Shown piece after piece: positions 19,779 through 30,208 of a DNA stretch of 64,000 nt. Position 1 is the first letter of the stretch. Every line of letters starts with the position of its first letter. A model generated the notes under the pieces. It was given only the letters and a program-made list of their open reading frames with translations, did not search any database and was not told the origin of the DNA. Source of the DNA: Trichormus sp. ATA11-4-KO1 (GTDB lineage Bacteria; Cyanobacteriota; Cyanobacteriia; Cyanobacteriales; Nostocaceae). The stretch covers positions 32,001-96,000 of the forward strand of contig JAHHIM010000055.1 of NCBI GenBank assembly GCA_019358915.1, written 5' to 3'. A program made the position numbers and the translations under genes.

Positions 19779-22010
19779 TTATTTGTTATATCTTAGCCAC
19801 ATTTGCTGATAAGCTTTCTCCATCTCCAAAGTAAACTGCTTACCATTCCATAGCGGTGCTGTTTGTCTTGACTGTCGCAACTTCCAAGCAACTTGTTGTC
19901 TTAAAACAGCATCTTTACCCAACCTCACACCCCAGTCTACATACTCTGCGTCTGTCCACGCGATACCTTCTGTAACGCCTACATTCATCATCATCGTGTA
20001 GCTGTTACGCGCTGCAAATTGTTCTCCTACTCTGGTTACTAAGGGAATACCCATCCAGAGAGTTTCTAGTGTTGTCGTCGCACCATTGTAAGGGTAAGTG
20101 TCTAATACTACATCAGCAATAGCTAAATTGGCTCTGTGGACTGCTTCAGTGGGGTCTTGGGGTAAAAATCGCAGCCTGGAAGCATCTATACCCTCTTCTT
20201 CGGCTATTTTGTAGAAAAACTGTTTAATTGCTTCTTCCTCAGCATCACCTTTAATTAAAAAGTAGCTATTGGGTACCTCTTTAATAATTTTCATTTGCCA
20301 TCTTGTAGTTTCAGGATGACGTTTATATCCCCGTTGAGCGCTGAGATATATGACAGCATCGCTAGGAATATTTAACTCATCTCGCCGTAGTGTGGGTATC
20401 CCTACCTCGAAGCCATCAACGGCTATGTATGTATGAGGTAATCGCCAAATTCTTTCTGTATAATATTCCTGTGCTGAATCTGGTAATACGTAGGGGTCGG
20501 CAATAAAGTAATCAATTGCAGGTATACCGGAAGCATCCCAACCTAGCCAAGTAACTTGAATTGGGGCAGGTTTGAGAGCCATGACTGTACAACTAATATC
20601 TAGAGTTATGCTATCTAGGTTTATTAAAATATCGATTTCATCTACATGGATTTGTTCGGCAACTTCTATAGCTGTAATTCCTAATTTATTAGCTTTATCC
20701 GATTTGTTTACAAACCATTCCTGTGCAAATATATCTAGCGGATTATAGTTGATGAGATAAGTATAAATTTCAAAATTCTCATGATTGTGATGTTGGAATA
20801 GCCAGCGTGATAACCAACCTACAGAATGTCTTTTTAAAGCGTAAGATACATAGCCAATTTTTATTTTTTTATTAGATGTTGCTGTTTGTTGATGCTGACT
20901 ATTACTCTGGGAATAACGCTCGAAAGCTTGATGATATGTGGCTTGTGTATTTTTTTGACAAATTTGTGCTAATTGATTATGAATTGTTCTAAAATTTTCA
21001 GGACTATCTTTAAGGTGAGGTATAGCGAAAGATGGTGTTAATAAACGCAGAGTTCTTACTTCATCTAAAATAAGAGGCTGGGTTTTAATAAACTCTAGTC
21101 GCAAATTCTCTAAATGTTGACTTGTTAAGCATATTTCCTGCCAATATCCACCAGCAGATAATAACCCACGTAGCACTAAATAAGTAGCATAAACTTTGTC
21201 AGAAATTTCTATAGACAAGGAAAGACATAACTTAGCTTTTTCTATACCCTGAGAATAATTTTTAGCATTTTGATAAAAAATTGCCAAATGTCTTGATATC
21301 TCTAATAATATTGTGGGATTATTTGGAGCCTGGTTTAAATATAATTCTAAAAGACGCGCTGCTGTTGCTGGTTGTGCAAATGTGTGACCAATTTTCATGA
21401 CAGCAGATAGAAATATATCAGCGAAGTCTGGTGTATTTATTAAATAGGATAAGCAAGATTGTATGAAGTTTATAGATGATTCATTTAAAGGTGGGGTATC
21501 TAGAACTTGCTGTAATACTTGTAACAATAATTCTAAATCAACATGAACTTGTGAATTCAATAATTCAATAATATCTAATTCTGCAAATTCTATACTTTCA
21601 TAATTATTCTGTTTAAAGGTTAGATAGACTATTTTTAAAAGATTATTAACATCGTAATTATTGATTTCCCTTATATGTTGCCGAATTGCCCAGGCAAGAG
21701 TAAATTGTTCTAGATTTTCCTGTCTTTTTGCTTCTAGTTGTAAGACTTGTGTGAGTTCTTGTGTGTAAGGTTCAATACTTTCTGCTTCTATATCTGCCAA
21801 TGGTATCATCCAAGTCATTTGTGCTTCTACTTCTTTTCCTTGTAAAAGGATCATTAAACCTAAATGCCAATAATGTGATATTATATTAGATTCAAATTCT
21901 ATTGCTTGCTCATATAAATTAGCAGCTTGTTCGTATTGTCCTGCTATCAAGTACTGATGCGCTTGCTGTTGCCAGTTAATAACTTTATTTTCTGAAATCT
22001 CAGTTTTCAT
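19779..22010 (-). CDS. TPR + SPINDLY-family O-GlcNAc transferase (OgtA-like, directly downstream of pilA)
   Basis: TPRs; KIKIGYVS..LKRHSVG, KPAPIQVTWLG, LDTYPYNGATTTLETLWMG. Confidence 0.92.
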   Translation of the reverse strand: MKTEISENKVINWQQQAHQYLIAGQYEQAANLYEQAIEFESNIISHYWHLGLMILLQGKEVEAQMTWMIPLADIEAESIEPYTQELTQVLQLEAKRQENLEQFTLAWAIRQHIREINNYDVNNLLKIVYLTFKQNNYESIEFAELDIIELLNSQVHVDLELLLQVLQQVLDTPPLNESSINFIQSCLSYLINTPDFADIFLSAVMKIGHTFAQPATAARLLELYLNQAPNNPTILLEISRHLAIFYQNAKNYSQGIEKAKLCLSLSIEISDKVYATYLVLRGLLSAGGYWQEICLTSQHLENLRLEFIKTQPLILDEVRTLRLLTPSFAIPHLKDSPENFRTIHNQLAQICQKNTQATYHQAFERYSQSNSQHQQTATSNKKIKIGYVSYALKRHSVGWLSRWLFQHHNHENFEIYTYLINYNPLDIFAQEWFVNKSDKANKLGITAIEVAEQIHVDEIDILINLDSITLDISCTVMALKPAPIQVTWLGWDASGIPAIDYFIADPYVLPDSAQEYYTERIWRLPHTYIAVDGFEVGIPTLRRDELNIPSDAVIYLSAQRGYKRHPETTRWQMKIIKEVPNSYFLIKGDAEEEAIKQFFYKIAEEEGIDASRLRFLPQDPTEAVHRANLAIADVVLDTYPYNGATTTLETLWMGIPLVTRVGEQFAARNSYTMMMNVGVTEGIAWTDAEYVDWGVRLGKDAVLRQQVAWKLRQSRQTAPLWNGKQFTLEMEKAYQQMWLRYNK

Positions 22011-22040
22011 AGTAGTATTAATTTCATCAAAAAATGCTAA

Positions 22041-22068
22041 AAAAGGTGAGTATCATTTACCCACCTTT
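22041..22068 (-). terminator. Probable intrinsic terminator after pilA
   Basis: AAAGGTGAGTA...TACCCACCTTT hairpin with an A-run on its left (U-tract on the minus strand). Confidence 0.55.
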
Positions 22069-22117
22069 GAATAAGATTGCTGACAATATTGTTACCAGCA
22101 AATTATTATGTAACTGT

Positions 22118-22690
22118 TTATTTGACTGCTCTTTGAGTACCAGCGCAGTCAATGCTCTCAATGGGAGTTCCCTGAGGGACTCCATCATCTACTGAACCAG
22201 TACTGATTAAGGGTTCGATAGTCTCACATAATACAGCTATTGTGGTTGCCTCTCCAGTTCCTCCACCTGCTGTTTGTCCAATAGCGACAAAACCACCGTA
22301 GCCTTTCAAAACAGCAGGATTACCAGCAGGAGTTGTTGGCTTGGCTTTAATAGATGCACCTGCAGTGCCTAAGGCAGCAAGGTCGTAGGTATAGTTTTCT
22401 GTTTGTGTCTTGATACCCAGTCCTAGTTTGTTAAAATCAGCTTGAACAGTCACAAAGTTGGGATTTTCCAGAATATAAGCTTGTTGAGCGCGGTTTACGG
22501 AACCAACATAGGTTTTTGCTTCTGAGGCGCGGGCTTTGTTAGCTTGGTTGAGGAAGGCGGGTAATGCAATAGCCGACAAAATACCGATGATGATAATAAC
22601 AACTAGCAATTCAATTAGGGTAAAACCTTCTTCTTCTTTCTTTTTGTTGAGAATGGATTGGAGAAATTTGGCTTTAAATTCAGTTTTCAT
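22118..22690 (-). CDS. pilA: Major type IV pilin
   Basis: Prepilin G|FTLIELLVVIIIIGILSAIALP, ASEAKTYVGSVNRAQQAY, C-terminal Cys pair. Confidence 0.92.
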   Translation of the reverse strand: MKTEFKAKFLQSILNKKKEEEGFTLIELLVVIIIIGILSAIALPAFLNQANKARASEAKTYVGSVNRAQQAYILENPNFVTVQADFNKLGLGIKTQTENYTYDLAALGTAGASIKAKPTTPAGNPAVLKGYGGFVAIGQTAGGGTGEATTIAVLCETIEPLISTGSVDDGVPQGTPIESIDCAGTQRAVK

Positions 22691-22735
22691 AAGTGTTTTC
22701 CCGTAGGTGTCAAGTGGTGTGGTGTTCTGAATATA

Positions 22736-22743
22736 ACTTACCC
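22736..22743 (-). promoter_or_regulatory. Possible SigF-type -10 element GGGTAAGT of pilA
   Basis: GGGTAAGT about 45 nt upstream of the ATG; resembles cyanobacterial pilA promoters as recalled. Confidence 0.4.
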
Positions 22744-22958
22744 ACTTGCTATTTTTGATCTATCACTTCTGGTAAAAAAAACTTTCTCGCTAAGATTTCA
22801 ACCCCAGATAGTGATGAGATAACGGGTTACACAATCAAAATCCTCACATCCAAAATGCCATATACATAAATAAGCCCCTAGTGTTAATCAAGGGCTTAAG
22901 TAAGTTAGTGGGAATAAATCAAACTACATTAAGTAATATAAAAAAATGAAATAAGCTT

Positions 22959-23045
22959 GTAGTAAGAGCTTTAGCCCTTTTTTGTAAAGCCCTGCGGGCA
23001 TGGCGCAGCCTCTCGTAGAGAAGAGAGGACTAAAGTCCTCACTAC
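22959..23045. repeat. REP doublet with internal small dispersed repeats
   Basis: GTAGTAAGAGCTTTAGCCCTT...GAGGACTAAAGTCCTCACTAC. Confidence 0.8.
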
Positions 23046-23102
23046 AAACTTAGGTTAATCATGCTATATTAAACGTAGTCGTTATGAGTTTGCTTAACTG
23101 GT

Positions 23103-24470
23103 ATGAATTCGACTGTAGAAAACTTAGTGATTATTGGTTCTGGGCCAGCCGGATACACAGCCGCCATCTATGCAGGAAGAGCGAATTTAAAACCTGTGGT
23201 GTTTGAAGGTTTTGAAATGGGGGGTTTACCTGGTGGACAACTCATGACAACGACGGAAGTGGAAAACTTTCCAGGGTTTCCCCAAGGTATTACTGGGCCG
23301 GAACTCATGGATCAGATGAAGGCGCAGGCTGAACGTTGGGGGGCTGAGTTATATATTGAGGATGTGATCTCAGTGGACTTGAGTCAGCGTCCTTTTACTG
23401 TGCGATCGCCAGAAAGGGAAATCAAAACCCATAGTATAGTTATAGCCACTGGTGCGACTGCCAAGCGTTTGGGTTTACCTAGTGAACATCAATTCTGGAG
23501 TCGGGGTATCTCTGCTTGTGCAATTTGCGATGGTGCGACACCAATTTTCCACGGTGCGGAATTGGCTGTGATTGGTGCTGGTGACTCGGCGGCGGAAGAG
23601 TCTATTTACCTGACTAAATACGGTTCTAAAGTCAATCTGCTCGTGCGTTCTGATAAGATGCGAGCATCTAAAGCCATGCAAGACCGGGTTTTAAGTAATC
23701 CCAAAATCCAAGTGCATTGGCACACTGAAGCTGTGGATATCTTCGGTGATGGTCACATGGCAGGGGTGAAAGTGCGGAATAATCAAACTGGCGCAGAAAG
23801 CGAACTCCACGTTAAAGGTTTATTTTACGCCATTGGCCACACTCCCAATACTGCTTTATTTAAGGGACAACTAGAACTGGATGAGGTAGGTTACATTCTC
23901 ACCAAAAACAATTCTGTAGAAACCAGTGTAGAAGGTGTGTTTGCTGCTGGCGACGTGCAAGACCATGAATTTCGTCAAGCAATTACGGCTGCGGGTACTG
24001 GCTGTATGGCAGCAATGTTAGCAGAACGCTGGTTATCTGTTAATAATTTAATTCAGGAATTTCATCAAAAACCGGAAACTCCAGATAACGAATGGGAACA
24101 TCAACCAGCCAAGAAAACTGAAGCGGAAGAAGAAGCTGGATTTGATTTGCAGGCGACACGCCATGAAGGGGGTTATGCCTTAAGGAAATTATTCCACGAA
24201 AGCGATCGCCTACTCATGGTCAAATACGTTGCGCCTAGTTGTGGCCCTTGTCATACCCTCAAGCCTATCTTAAATAAGGTAGTAGATGAATTTGACGGCA
24301 AGATTCACTTTGTGGAAATTGACATCGACAAAGACCGAGATATTGCCGAAAATGCTGGAATTACAGGAACACCAACGATTCAATTCTTTAAAAATAAGGA
24401 ATTGTTAAAGGAAGTCAAAGGTGTTAAGCAAAAGAGCGAGTATCGCCAGTTGATTGAAAGCAATCTTTAG
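23103..24470 (+). CDS. NADPH-thioredoxin reductase C (TrxB-thioredoxin fusion, NTRC)
   Basis: [19 protein letters not shown]-terminal thioredoxin CGPC. Confidence 0.95.
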   Translation: MNSTVENLVIIGSGPAGYTAAIYAGRANLKPVVFEGFEMGGLPGGQLMTTTEVENFPGFPQGITGPELMDQMKAQAERWGAELYIEDVISVDLSQRPFTVRSPEREIKTHSIVIATGATAKRLGLPSEHQFWSRGISACAICDGATPIFHGAELAVIGAGDSAAEESIYLTKYGSKVNLLVRSDKMRASKAMQDRVLSNPKIQVHWHTEAVDIFGDGHMAGVKVRNNQTGAESELHVKGLFYAIGHTPNTALFKGQLELDEVGYILTKNNSVETSVEGVFAAGDVQDHEFRQAITAAGTGCMAAMLAERWLSVNNLIQEFHQKPETPDNEWEHQPAKKTEAEEEAGFDLQATRHEGGYALRKLFHESDRLLMVKYVAPSCGPCHTLKPILNKVVDEFDGKIHFVEIDIDKDRDIAENAGITGTPTIQFFKNKELLKEVKGVKQKSEYRQLIESNL

Positions 24471-24554
24471 AGAGTGGAGAGTGGAGAGTAGGGAGTATTT
24501 ATTTCTAGTTTCCCATCTCCCCATCTCAATATTCTTTTTGAACGCAAATTAGTA

Positions 24555-24890
24555 TTAGGCCACAGCATATCCGGTGTGTTGTCTAACGTTTGGCGGGTGA
24601 AATCCTAAGACAATTTGATCTTTGGGAATACCTGCGGCTACTAATTCGTAGGTCACGCCATCTTCTGTATCATCTCGTTGCACCCATATTTTGCCATTAA
24701 TAATGTCAAGATGAACTAAGCAACCGTGAATTCGTTTCACACCATCCCAACCTAAAGTTATCAGTAAATAGCTGTCATTTTCACTATCAAAGACTGTTTT
24801 ACATTCAATCGCTGCATGAGAATAAGAAATTTGTGTATAGGGTACTAACACGTCTTTAATGATGCGTCGATAATTATCTAAGGTATCCAT
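24555..24890 (-). CDS. xisI: XisI-family protein
   Basis: MDTLDNYRRII...GWDGVKRIHG...NGKIWVQRDDTEDG...GIPKDQIVLGFHPP. Confidence 0.92.
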   Translation of the reverse strand: MDTLDNYRRIIKDVLVPYTQISYSHAAIECKTVFDSENDSYLLITLGWDGVKRIHGCLVHLDIINGKIWVQRDDTEDGVTYELVAAGIPKDQIVLGFHPPNVRQHTGYAVA

Positions 24891-25294
24891 TGGATAATCC
24901 TCTCAGTTTCTGGATTAAAAATGAGTAACTTCAGATTCTCAGCTTCTATTAAAAGTGTACCAATTGGTTCCTCAAATAAGGCTGTAAATACGCTGTCGCG
25001 CACTGCCAAATATAGTGTTCTTTCTGGTTCCAAGCGATGGATAACAGCACGATACATGACAAATCCGCCAATAGCATCTTTGAGGTCAGCTATTTCTGAA
25101 GGACTGACAAAACTTTTAATTTCTACAGCTATTTTTTTAGTTCCTTGTTCTGCGGCTAAGAGTTGTTTAGCTCCTAAATCTACATACATATCTTTTTGAC
25201 CCCACTTTAAATGTAAGCGGTCATCTGTAATTATCCAGCCTGCTTGAATTAAGGCATTCTTAACAGCATCATGATAAATATCTCTTGCAGGCAT
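24878..25294 (-). CDS. xisH: XisH-family protein
   Basis: MPARDIYHDAVKNAL..GWIITDD, DLGA, KIAVEIKSF. Confidence 0.92.
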   Translation of the reverse strand: MPARDIYHDAVKNALIQAGWIITDDRLHLKWGQKDMYVDLGAKQLLAAEQGTKKIAVEIKSFVSPSEIADLKDAIGGFVMYRAVIHRLEPERTLYLAVRDSVFTALFEEPIGTLLIEAENLKLLIFNPETERIIQWIP

Positions 25295-25440
25295 ATCTAT
25301 ACAAATAAACACAATACTCATATTTCATCTGGAGGCGGAACCTTTTATGAGCATTCCCCAGCAGAACCAAGGAACCAACGCATCCCTAAACCGTAACCTT
25401 ATATGTAAAATAGTATCTTGCTTTATGCAGGCGATCGCAC

Positions 25441-26337
25441 ATGGCCATTACCAAACGTCAGCTACCAACATTTTTACGTTTTGCCCAAAATCCCCATCTT
25501 TCGCAGAAATTAATGCTAATTGGGTTAGCCATTACCCTCTTTTTCATCTTCCTAGTATTCTTCGCTCCCCTATTGCAAGCTTGGGGATGGTTGCAAAACC
25601 CCAAGGAATTTCTCTCTAATCCCATTCAAGAACCACCATCAGCCGAACATTGGTTTGGAACCAGTCGTTTAGGACATGATGTATTTTCCCGCACATTATT
25701 TGGCGCTCAAGCTGCACTGCAAGTAGTTATATTAGCTACAGCGCTCAGCATGATTATCGGTGTGCCTTTGGGTATGGTAAGTGGCTATCTTGGCGGTAGA
25801 CTGGACAAGATGTTGCTATTTATCATGGATAGCATCTACACTTTACCAGGGCTACTACTTTCAGTGACGCTGGCGTTTGTGGTGGGGCGAGGCATCTTAA
25901 ACGCGGCGATCGCTATTAGTATTGCTTACGTTCCCCAATATTATCGCGTTGTCCGTAATCATACTGTAAGTGTGAAAATGGAAGTATTCATTGAAGCCGC
26001 TCAAGCAATGGGTGCTTCTACTTGGGTTGTCCTATCTCGCTATCTATTTTTTAACGTAATTCAAAGTGTCCCTGTACTATTTACCCTGAACGCCGCCGAT
26101 GCGATTTTGGTTTTAGGCGGACTGGGCTTTTTAGGGCTAGGACTTCCTGAAGAAGTGCCAGAATGGGGACATGATTTAAGACAAGCTCTAGAAGCCCTAC
26201 CCACGGGTATTTGGTGGACTACCCTCTTTCCCGGTTTAGCAATGACATTGATGGTGGTAGGGTTATCACTACTTGGTGAAGGGTTAAATGAGTTTGTCAA
26301 TCCTCGATTACGGCGAGAAAATGGAATCCGGAAATAG
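25441..26337 (+). CDS. Peptide/nickel ABC transporter permease (DppC/OppC type)
   Basis: HWFGTSRLGHDVFSR, EAAQAMGAS (EAA loop), LGFLGLG..PEWG. Confidence 0.93.
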   Translation: MAITKRQLPTFLRFAQNPHLSQKLMLIGLAITLFFIFLVFFAPLLQAWGWLQNPKEFLSNPIQEPPSAEHWFGTSRLGHDVFSRTLFGAQAALQVVILATALSMIIGVPLGMVSGYLGGRLDKMLLFIMDSIYTLPGLLLSVTLAFVVGRGILNAAIAISIAYVPQYYRVVRNHTVSVKMEVFIEAAQAMGASTWVVLSRYLFFNVIQSVPVLFTLNAADAILVLGGLGFLGLGLPEEVPEWGHDLRQALEALPTGIWWTTLFPGLAMTLMVVGLSLLGEGLNEFVNPRLRRENGIRK

Positions 26338-26408
26338 TCAATCCCTGGTGGGGGAATTAAAAATTAATTTTTAATTTTTAATTGGTGCAAAGTGACCAAA
26401 TAATTACT

Positions 26409-26447
26409 AATTCGTAATTCGTAATTCGTAATTCGTAATTCGTAATT
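26409..26447. repeat. AATTCGT heptamer tandem repeat (x5)
   Basis: Direct reading. Confidence 0.9.
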
Positions 26448-26583
26448 AAAGAGGGTACAGAGCTACCACTGATTGTAACTACTTACAGCCTGGCGGCATT
26501 CGTAGGCTCTATTATCAATTACGAATTATGTTGACTGTTTCCTCGTCTAATATATTTGTTGATTGTATTACTGAGAGAGTTGA

Positions 26584-26784
26584 GTGAAAGATAACATTTC
26601 TTTAATCGCGGCGGCGGCTGGTGGGTTTATGCTTTCTGTTGCCTTGGCTGGTCTTTTACGCGGTACACCAGTTACAAGTTGGCAACAATCAACTTTTCAT
26701 TCGCCAATGGTGACTGATTTACGCGTCACACCCAAAAAGACGGAAAACTCAGAATTTTTTCGCACCATAACGTCAAAAAGCTAA
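26584..26784 (+). CDS. Small membrane-anchored hypothetical protein
   Basis: GTG start after GAGAG; single hydrophobic helix. Confidence 0.55.
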   Translation: MKDNISLIAAAAGGFMLSVALAGLLRGTPVTSWQQSTFHSPMVTDLRVTPKKTENSEFFRTITSKS

Positions 26785-26895
26785 TACCATTTCTTTATAA
26801 GATGTGACTAATTAGTCTGCATAGTGTTGATGTAACCCCAGGTATTCCTGCGGGTTGAATTTGCTAAAGGGTTAGGTCTGTTTCCTTTTTCTCAG

Positions 26896-27792
26896 GTGAT
26901 AAATTCTCAAGTAATTGGTATTGATGTGGGGGGAACAGCAATTAAGCTGGGACGCTTCCTCCCGGATGGGACTTGCTTACAATCTTTGACTGTGGCAACT
27001 CCCCAACCATCGACACCAGAAGCAGTTCTGGTTGTAATATTAGATGCGATCGCTCAAGTTGACCCATATAATCAAGCTGTTGCCATTGGTGTTGGTACTC
27101 CTGGCCCTGCTGATTCCACAGGACGCATTGCCCAAATTGCCATCAATTTGCCAGGATGGCACAATGTGCCTTTGGCAGATTGGCTAGAAGCTAAAACGGG
27201 CAAACCTACTGTTATTGCCAACGATGCTAACTGTGCAGGGTTGGGAGAAGCTTGGTTGGGAGCTGGTCGCCACTTTCAAAATTTCATCCTCTTGACCTTG
27301 GGGACTGGGGTTGGTGGTGCAATTATTCTAGATGGCAAACTGTTTGTGGGACATCAAGGAGCAGCTGGAGAATTAGGTTTAATCAACTTCCAACCTGATG
27401 GCCCAATGTGTAAAAGTGGCAACCAAGGTTCTTTGGAACAGTACACCTCGGTGACAACAATTCGTCGCCGCACCGGAAAGGAACCCGCCGAGTTAGGCGC
27501 TCTTGCCGAAGCGGGAAATACCGATGCCTTGCTATTTTGGCAAGAATATGGTAAGGATTTGGGAACTGGGTTGGCTAGTCTAATTTACGTTTTGACACCA
27601 CAAGCGATCGTCATTGGTGGTGGTATTAGTGCTAGCTTTGAGTTTTTCTTCCCCGCAGTCCAGGCAGAAATTGAAAAGCGAGTGATGCTAACATCTCGCT
27701 TAGGTTTACAAATTTTACCGGCAGAATTAGGTAATTCGGCGGGAATGTTAGGTGCAGCAAAATTGGCTTGGGAAAATTATATGAGGTCTTAA
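26896..27792 (+). CDS. ROK-family sugar kinase (glucokinase-like)
   Basis: GIDVGGT, NDANCAGLGE, LTLGTGVGG, GAAGELG. Confidence 0.93.
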   Translation: MINSQVIGIDVGGTAIKLGRFLPDGTCLQSLTVATPQPSTPEAVLVVILDAIAQVDPYNQAVAIGVGTPGPADSTGRIAQIAINLPGWHNVPLADWLEAKTGKPTVIANDANCAGLGEAWLGAGRHFQNFILLTLGTGVGGAIILDGKLFVGHQGAAGELGLINFQPDGPMCKSGNQGSLEQYTSVTTIRRRTGKEPAELGALAEAGNTDALLFWQEYGKDLGTGLASLIYVLTPQAIVIGGGISASFEFFFPAVQAEIEKRVMLTSRLGLQILPAELGNSAGMLGAAKLAWENYMRS

Positions 27793-27925
27793 ATGCAAAT
27801 AATCCCAGCTAAAAAAATCAGCCGGGAGAATTTTATTTTGGTGCAATTGCCCTATCACACGATATTGCGTCCAGTTATAAGTCATTATCTGGACTTAGTA
27901 TTGGGCTAATTAGTACTACTGCAAT

Positions 27926-28285
27926 TTACTTATTACCTGTGACTCTTTCCAAAAAATTCTGTACATTCTCTTCCACCGAGGTTGCACTTTGTGAATTTTC
28001 AGGACGCTTCATTTTGTCAATATCAGCATCCCCCTGAACCTCATTAAGTCCCTTATTTGACTTTTCTTGAACCTCTTTCAGTTTTGGTGGTTCAGATTTA
28101 GCAATTTCGTCAGTTTTTCGTTGAGTTTCTAGAAGTTGTGTAGGACCTTCAGTTGGGCTACTTTGATAGCTACTGATTGCAAAAGCAGGTAAGGCGCTAG
28201 ACAAAAATATCAGTGCGCCAACAGTAGCCACAATTACAAACCGTACTGGGCGTAAGATAGATAAAACAGGAGCAAAAATCTTCAT
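27926..28285 (-). CDS. Secreted small protein (stress/low-temperature-induced type)
   Basis: Signal peptide ending PAFA; GLNEVQGDADIDKM motif. Confidence 0.65.
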   Translation of the reverse strand: MKIFAPVLSILRPVRFVIVATVGALIFLSSALPAFAISSYQSSPTEGPTQLLETQRKTDEIAKSEPPKLKEVQEKSNKGLNEVQGDADIDKMKRPENSQSATSVEENVQNFLERVTGNK

Positions 28286-28791
28286 TTGTCATCCTCAATA
28301 ACAGCATTAACAACGCAAGATTTGCACATTTAGAGATTACTTTATGCCTTGATTCAGTAAAATCAGAGCATTAAATTATCAATGTGCGCTTATATCTTTA
28401 ATTACTTAAACTATGAAATCTTGAAGAAATCTTTTTGTATTTACGCTTTGAATATTAACGTTTGTCAATATACAATTAATTATTGCGATTTATACAGATA
28501 TTCTTCCAAATTTCATCTTTTACACTTTTACTGGAAAATGACTTACGCTTGTATCGACCTGTGGAATGAAGTTTATTTTATTTATATTGGTGATAAAATC
28601 ACCCTCTAGGTAGATCGGCTAAATATAAATTTGTTAGCCTAACGACTTCATTAACAAAATTACTCAGATTTATTTATTTAGTCTGCACACTAAAAGCGAT
28701 CGCCTGATCATCCTCTATGATTCATCAGGTTAAATTATATTGATTTTCAAATCAAATAGGGTGAGCAATACTACTCACCCCAACAATCATG

Positions 28792-29256
28792 TCACTCACT
28801 CATGACAGAAGTGCAAGCTTGTGCTTCTTGCCAAAGTTTATGCAAAAAAAACTCAATGCGTGAAGCGTTGGGCGAAGCCCTCCCCGTTCGCATATTGTCT
28901 TTACTCACAGAAGAATCGCGATCGCTATTAGGTGCATCGCTCATAGTAGTAACAAACACACCTACAGCATCTTGAGAACTATCTGATAGCCAAGAACCCC
29001 GCAAAGTAACTTCTATATACTTGCTATCGCAGGCACACAGTGCAATAATTTCACTGTCATATTGTTTTACTTCAGCTTTCAGCACCTCTACCCCTGGCAA
29101 ATCCACAGGAAGCAAAAAGGAAGCAGTACTAGGTTCAATGCACAGACTTTGCCCGACGCGCAGTGCCAAAATCACTCGCTGCGCCACCCATTCCTCTAGT
29201 GACTGAGTGAGATATTCTAAATAAAAGCTCCCTTCGGTGTAAGTTAATTTCAGCAT
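28792..29256 (-). CDS. Alr0857-family protein
   Basis: MLKLTYTE..LEEWVAQRVILALRVGQSLCIEPSTASFLLP. Confidence 0.8.
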   Translation of the reverse strand: MLKLTYTEGSFYLEYLTQSLEEWVAQRVILALRVGQSLCIEPSTASFLLPVDLPGVEVLKAEVKQYDSEIIALCACDSKYIEVTLRGSWLSDSSQDAVGVFVTTMSDAPNSDRDSSVSKDNMRTGRASPNASRIEFFLHKLWQEAQACTSVMSE

Positions 29257-29272
29257 TCCTTATGCTCTCCTG

Positions 29273-29839
29273 TTATTCCAGGTTTGCTTGCACATCTATC
29301 CAGAACTGTGTGGCGCTGTCGCGCCCAGCTTCACTAAAGGCAAAAGCAATTGCCGGGTGGAGTGGAGCTTTTGGTTGGTTACGCAACTGCATACCAGCTT
29401 CAAATAATGTACGGTCTCCTTTACGGGAGTTACATCTTTCACAAGCTGTGACTACGTTATCCCAGGTGTGTGAACCACCTCTAGATCGTGGTATCACATG
29501 ATCTAGCGTCAGACGTTTGCCGCTACTGCAATATTGGCAACTGTGATGGTCTCGCCGCAACACTTCCCGCCGATTGACTGGCGGAACTTTCCACATCCGC
29601 TCTTTGGAGGCGATTTTCAAGCGAATGTGTTTTGGTACATGAACTACCAAACTGGGTGAATGAACTCGCCATCCACCTGCTGCGGCAAAACCTAGGGGTT
29701 CAGCTTTGTTGCTTAATAACAACACAATTGCCCGCTTGATATTAACTCGACACAGTGGCAAGTAATTTTGAGAAAACACTACCACGGATTGTTCTAACAC
29801 CTGCATTGCGTTCTTGTAGCGTATCGAAGATATCGTCAC
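29273..29839 (-). CDS. HNH endonuclease (McrA-like)
   Basis: RRDHHSCQYC, LTLDHVIPRSRGG, NVVTACERCNSRKG. Confidence 0.93.
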   Translation of the reverse strand: MTISSIRYKNAMQVLEQSVVVFSQNYLPLCRVNIKRAIVLLLSNKAEPLGFAAAGGWRVHSPSLVVHVPKHIRLKIASKERMWKVPPVNRREVLRRDHHSCQYCSSGKRLTLDHVIPRSRGGSHTWDNVVTACERCNSRKGDRTLFEAGMQLRNQPKAPLHPAIAFAFSEAGRDSATQFWIDVQANLE

Positions 29840-29854
29840 AACTTCGCTCCTTAT

Positions 29855-29890
29855 AAAAAACCCCCGCTTCTTGTTTGGATGAAGCGGGGG
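29855..29890 (-). terminator. Intrinsic terminator in the 5' leader of the HNH gene (attenuator)
   Basis: 10-bp stem CCCCCGCTTC/GAAGCGGGGG followed by U6 on the minus strand, immediately before the HNH ribosome-binding site. Confidence 0.85.
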
Positions 29891-29918
29891 TTAAAGTTTG
29901 ACAGGAAATTTTCCGGTC

Positions 29919-30167
29919 TTATGTCGGTACAGTATTCCTTAGTCTGTACCCCCCGCTTCTTACATATATTTGTGGTTTGACATTCAGCAGACTTATGCTG
30001 ATATATCTAAAATCATAATTACCCTCTGTGATTTGCCGATGATCTCGGTTACCATCGCCCATAAATAAATACTCCACTCCCATGGCGGCTGATTCCCAAT
30101 TGGCTCGGCAATTGGTAGCACGCAAAGAAGTAGAGATGGGGTACACAAATTTCACAGAAAATTTCAC
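29919..30167 (-). CDS. Putative leader ORF (start uncertain)
   Basis: Open frame spanning the antiterminator copy and stopping about 30 nt before the terminator. Confidence 0.4.
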   Translation of the reverse strand: MKFSVKFVYPISTSLRATNCRANWESAAMGVEYLFMGDGNRDHRQITEGNYDFRYISISLLNVKPQIYVRSGGYRLRNTVPT

Positions 30168-30189
30168 CTATTGAACATTCCTTTAAACA

Positions 30190-30208
30190 TACTACACTTG
30201 TATTACTA
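30190..30208. promoter_or_regulatory. Putative repressor operator between the divergent HNH operon and the RHH gene
   Basis: TACTACACTTGTATTACTA; the core CTTGTATTAC recurs in the rtcB promoter palindrome. Confidence 0.6.

Noticed and set aside
24555..25294. xisH-xisI as a sign of an fdxN-type excision element
   Set aside because: No recombinase or interrupted gene nearby; stand-alone xisHI pairs are common in these genomes
28382..28609. 75-aa AT-rich ORF
   Set aside because: Atypical Y/C/I-rich composition in a promoter region; probably spurious
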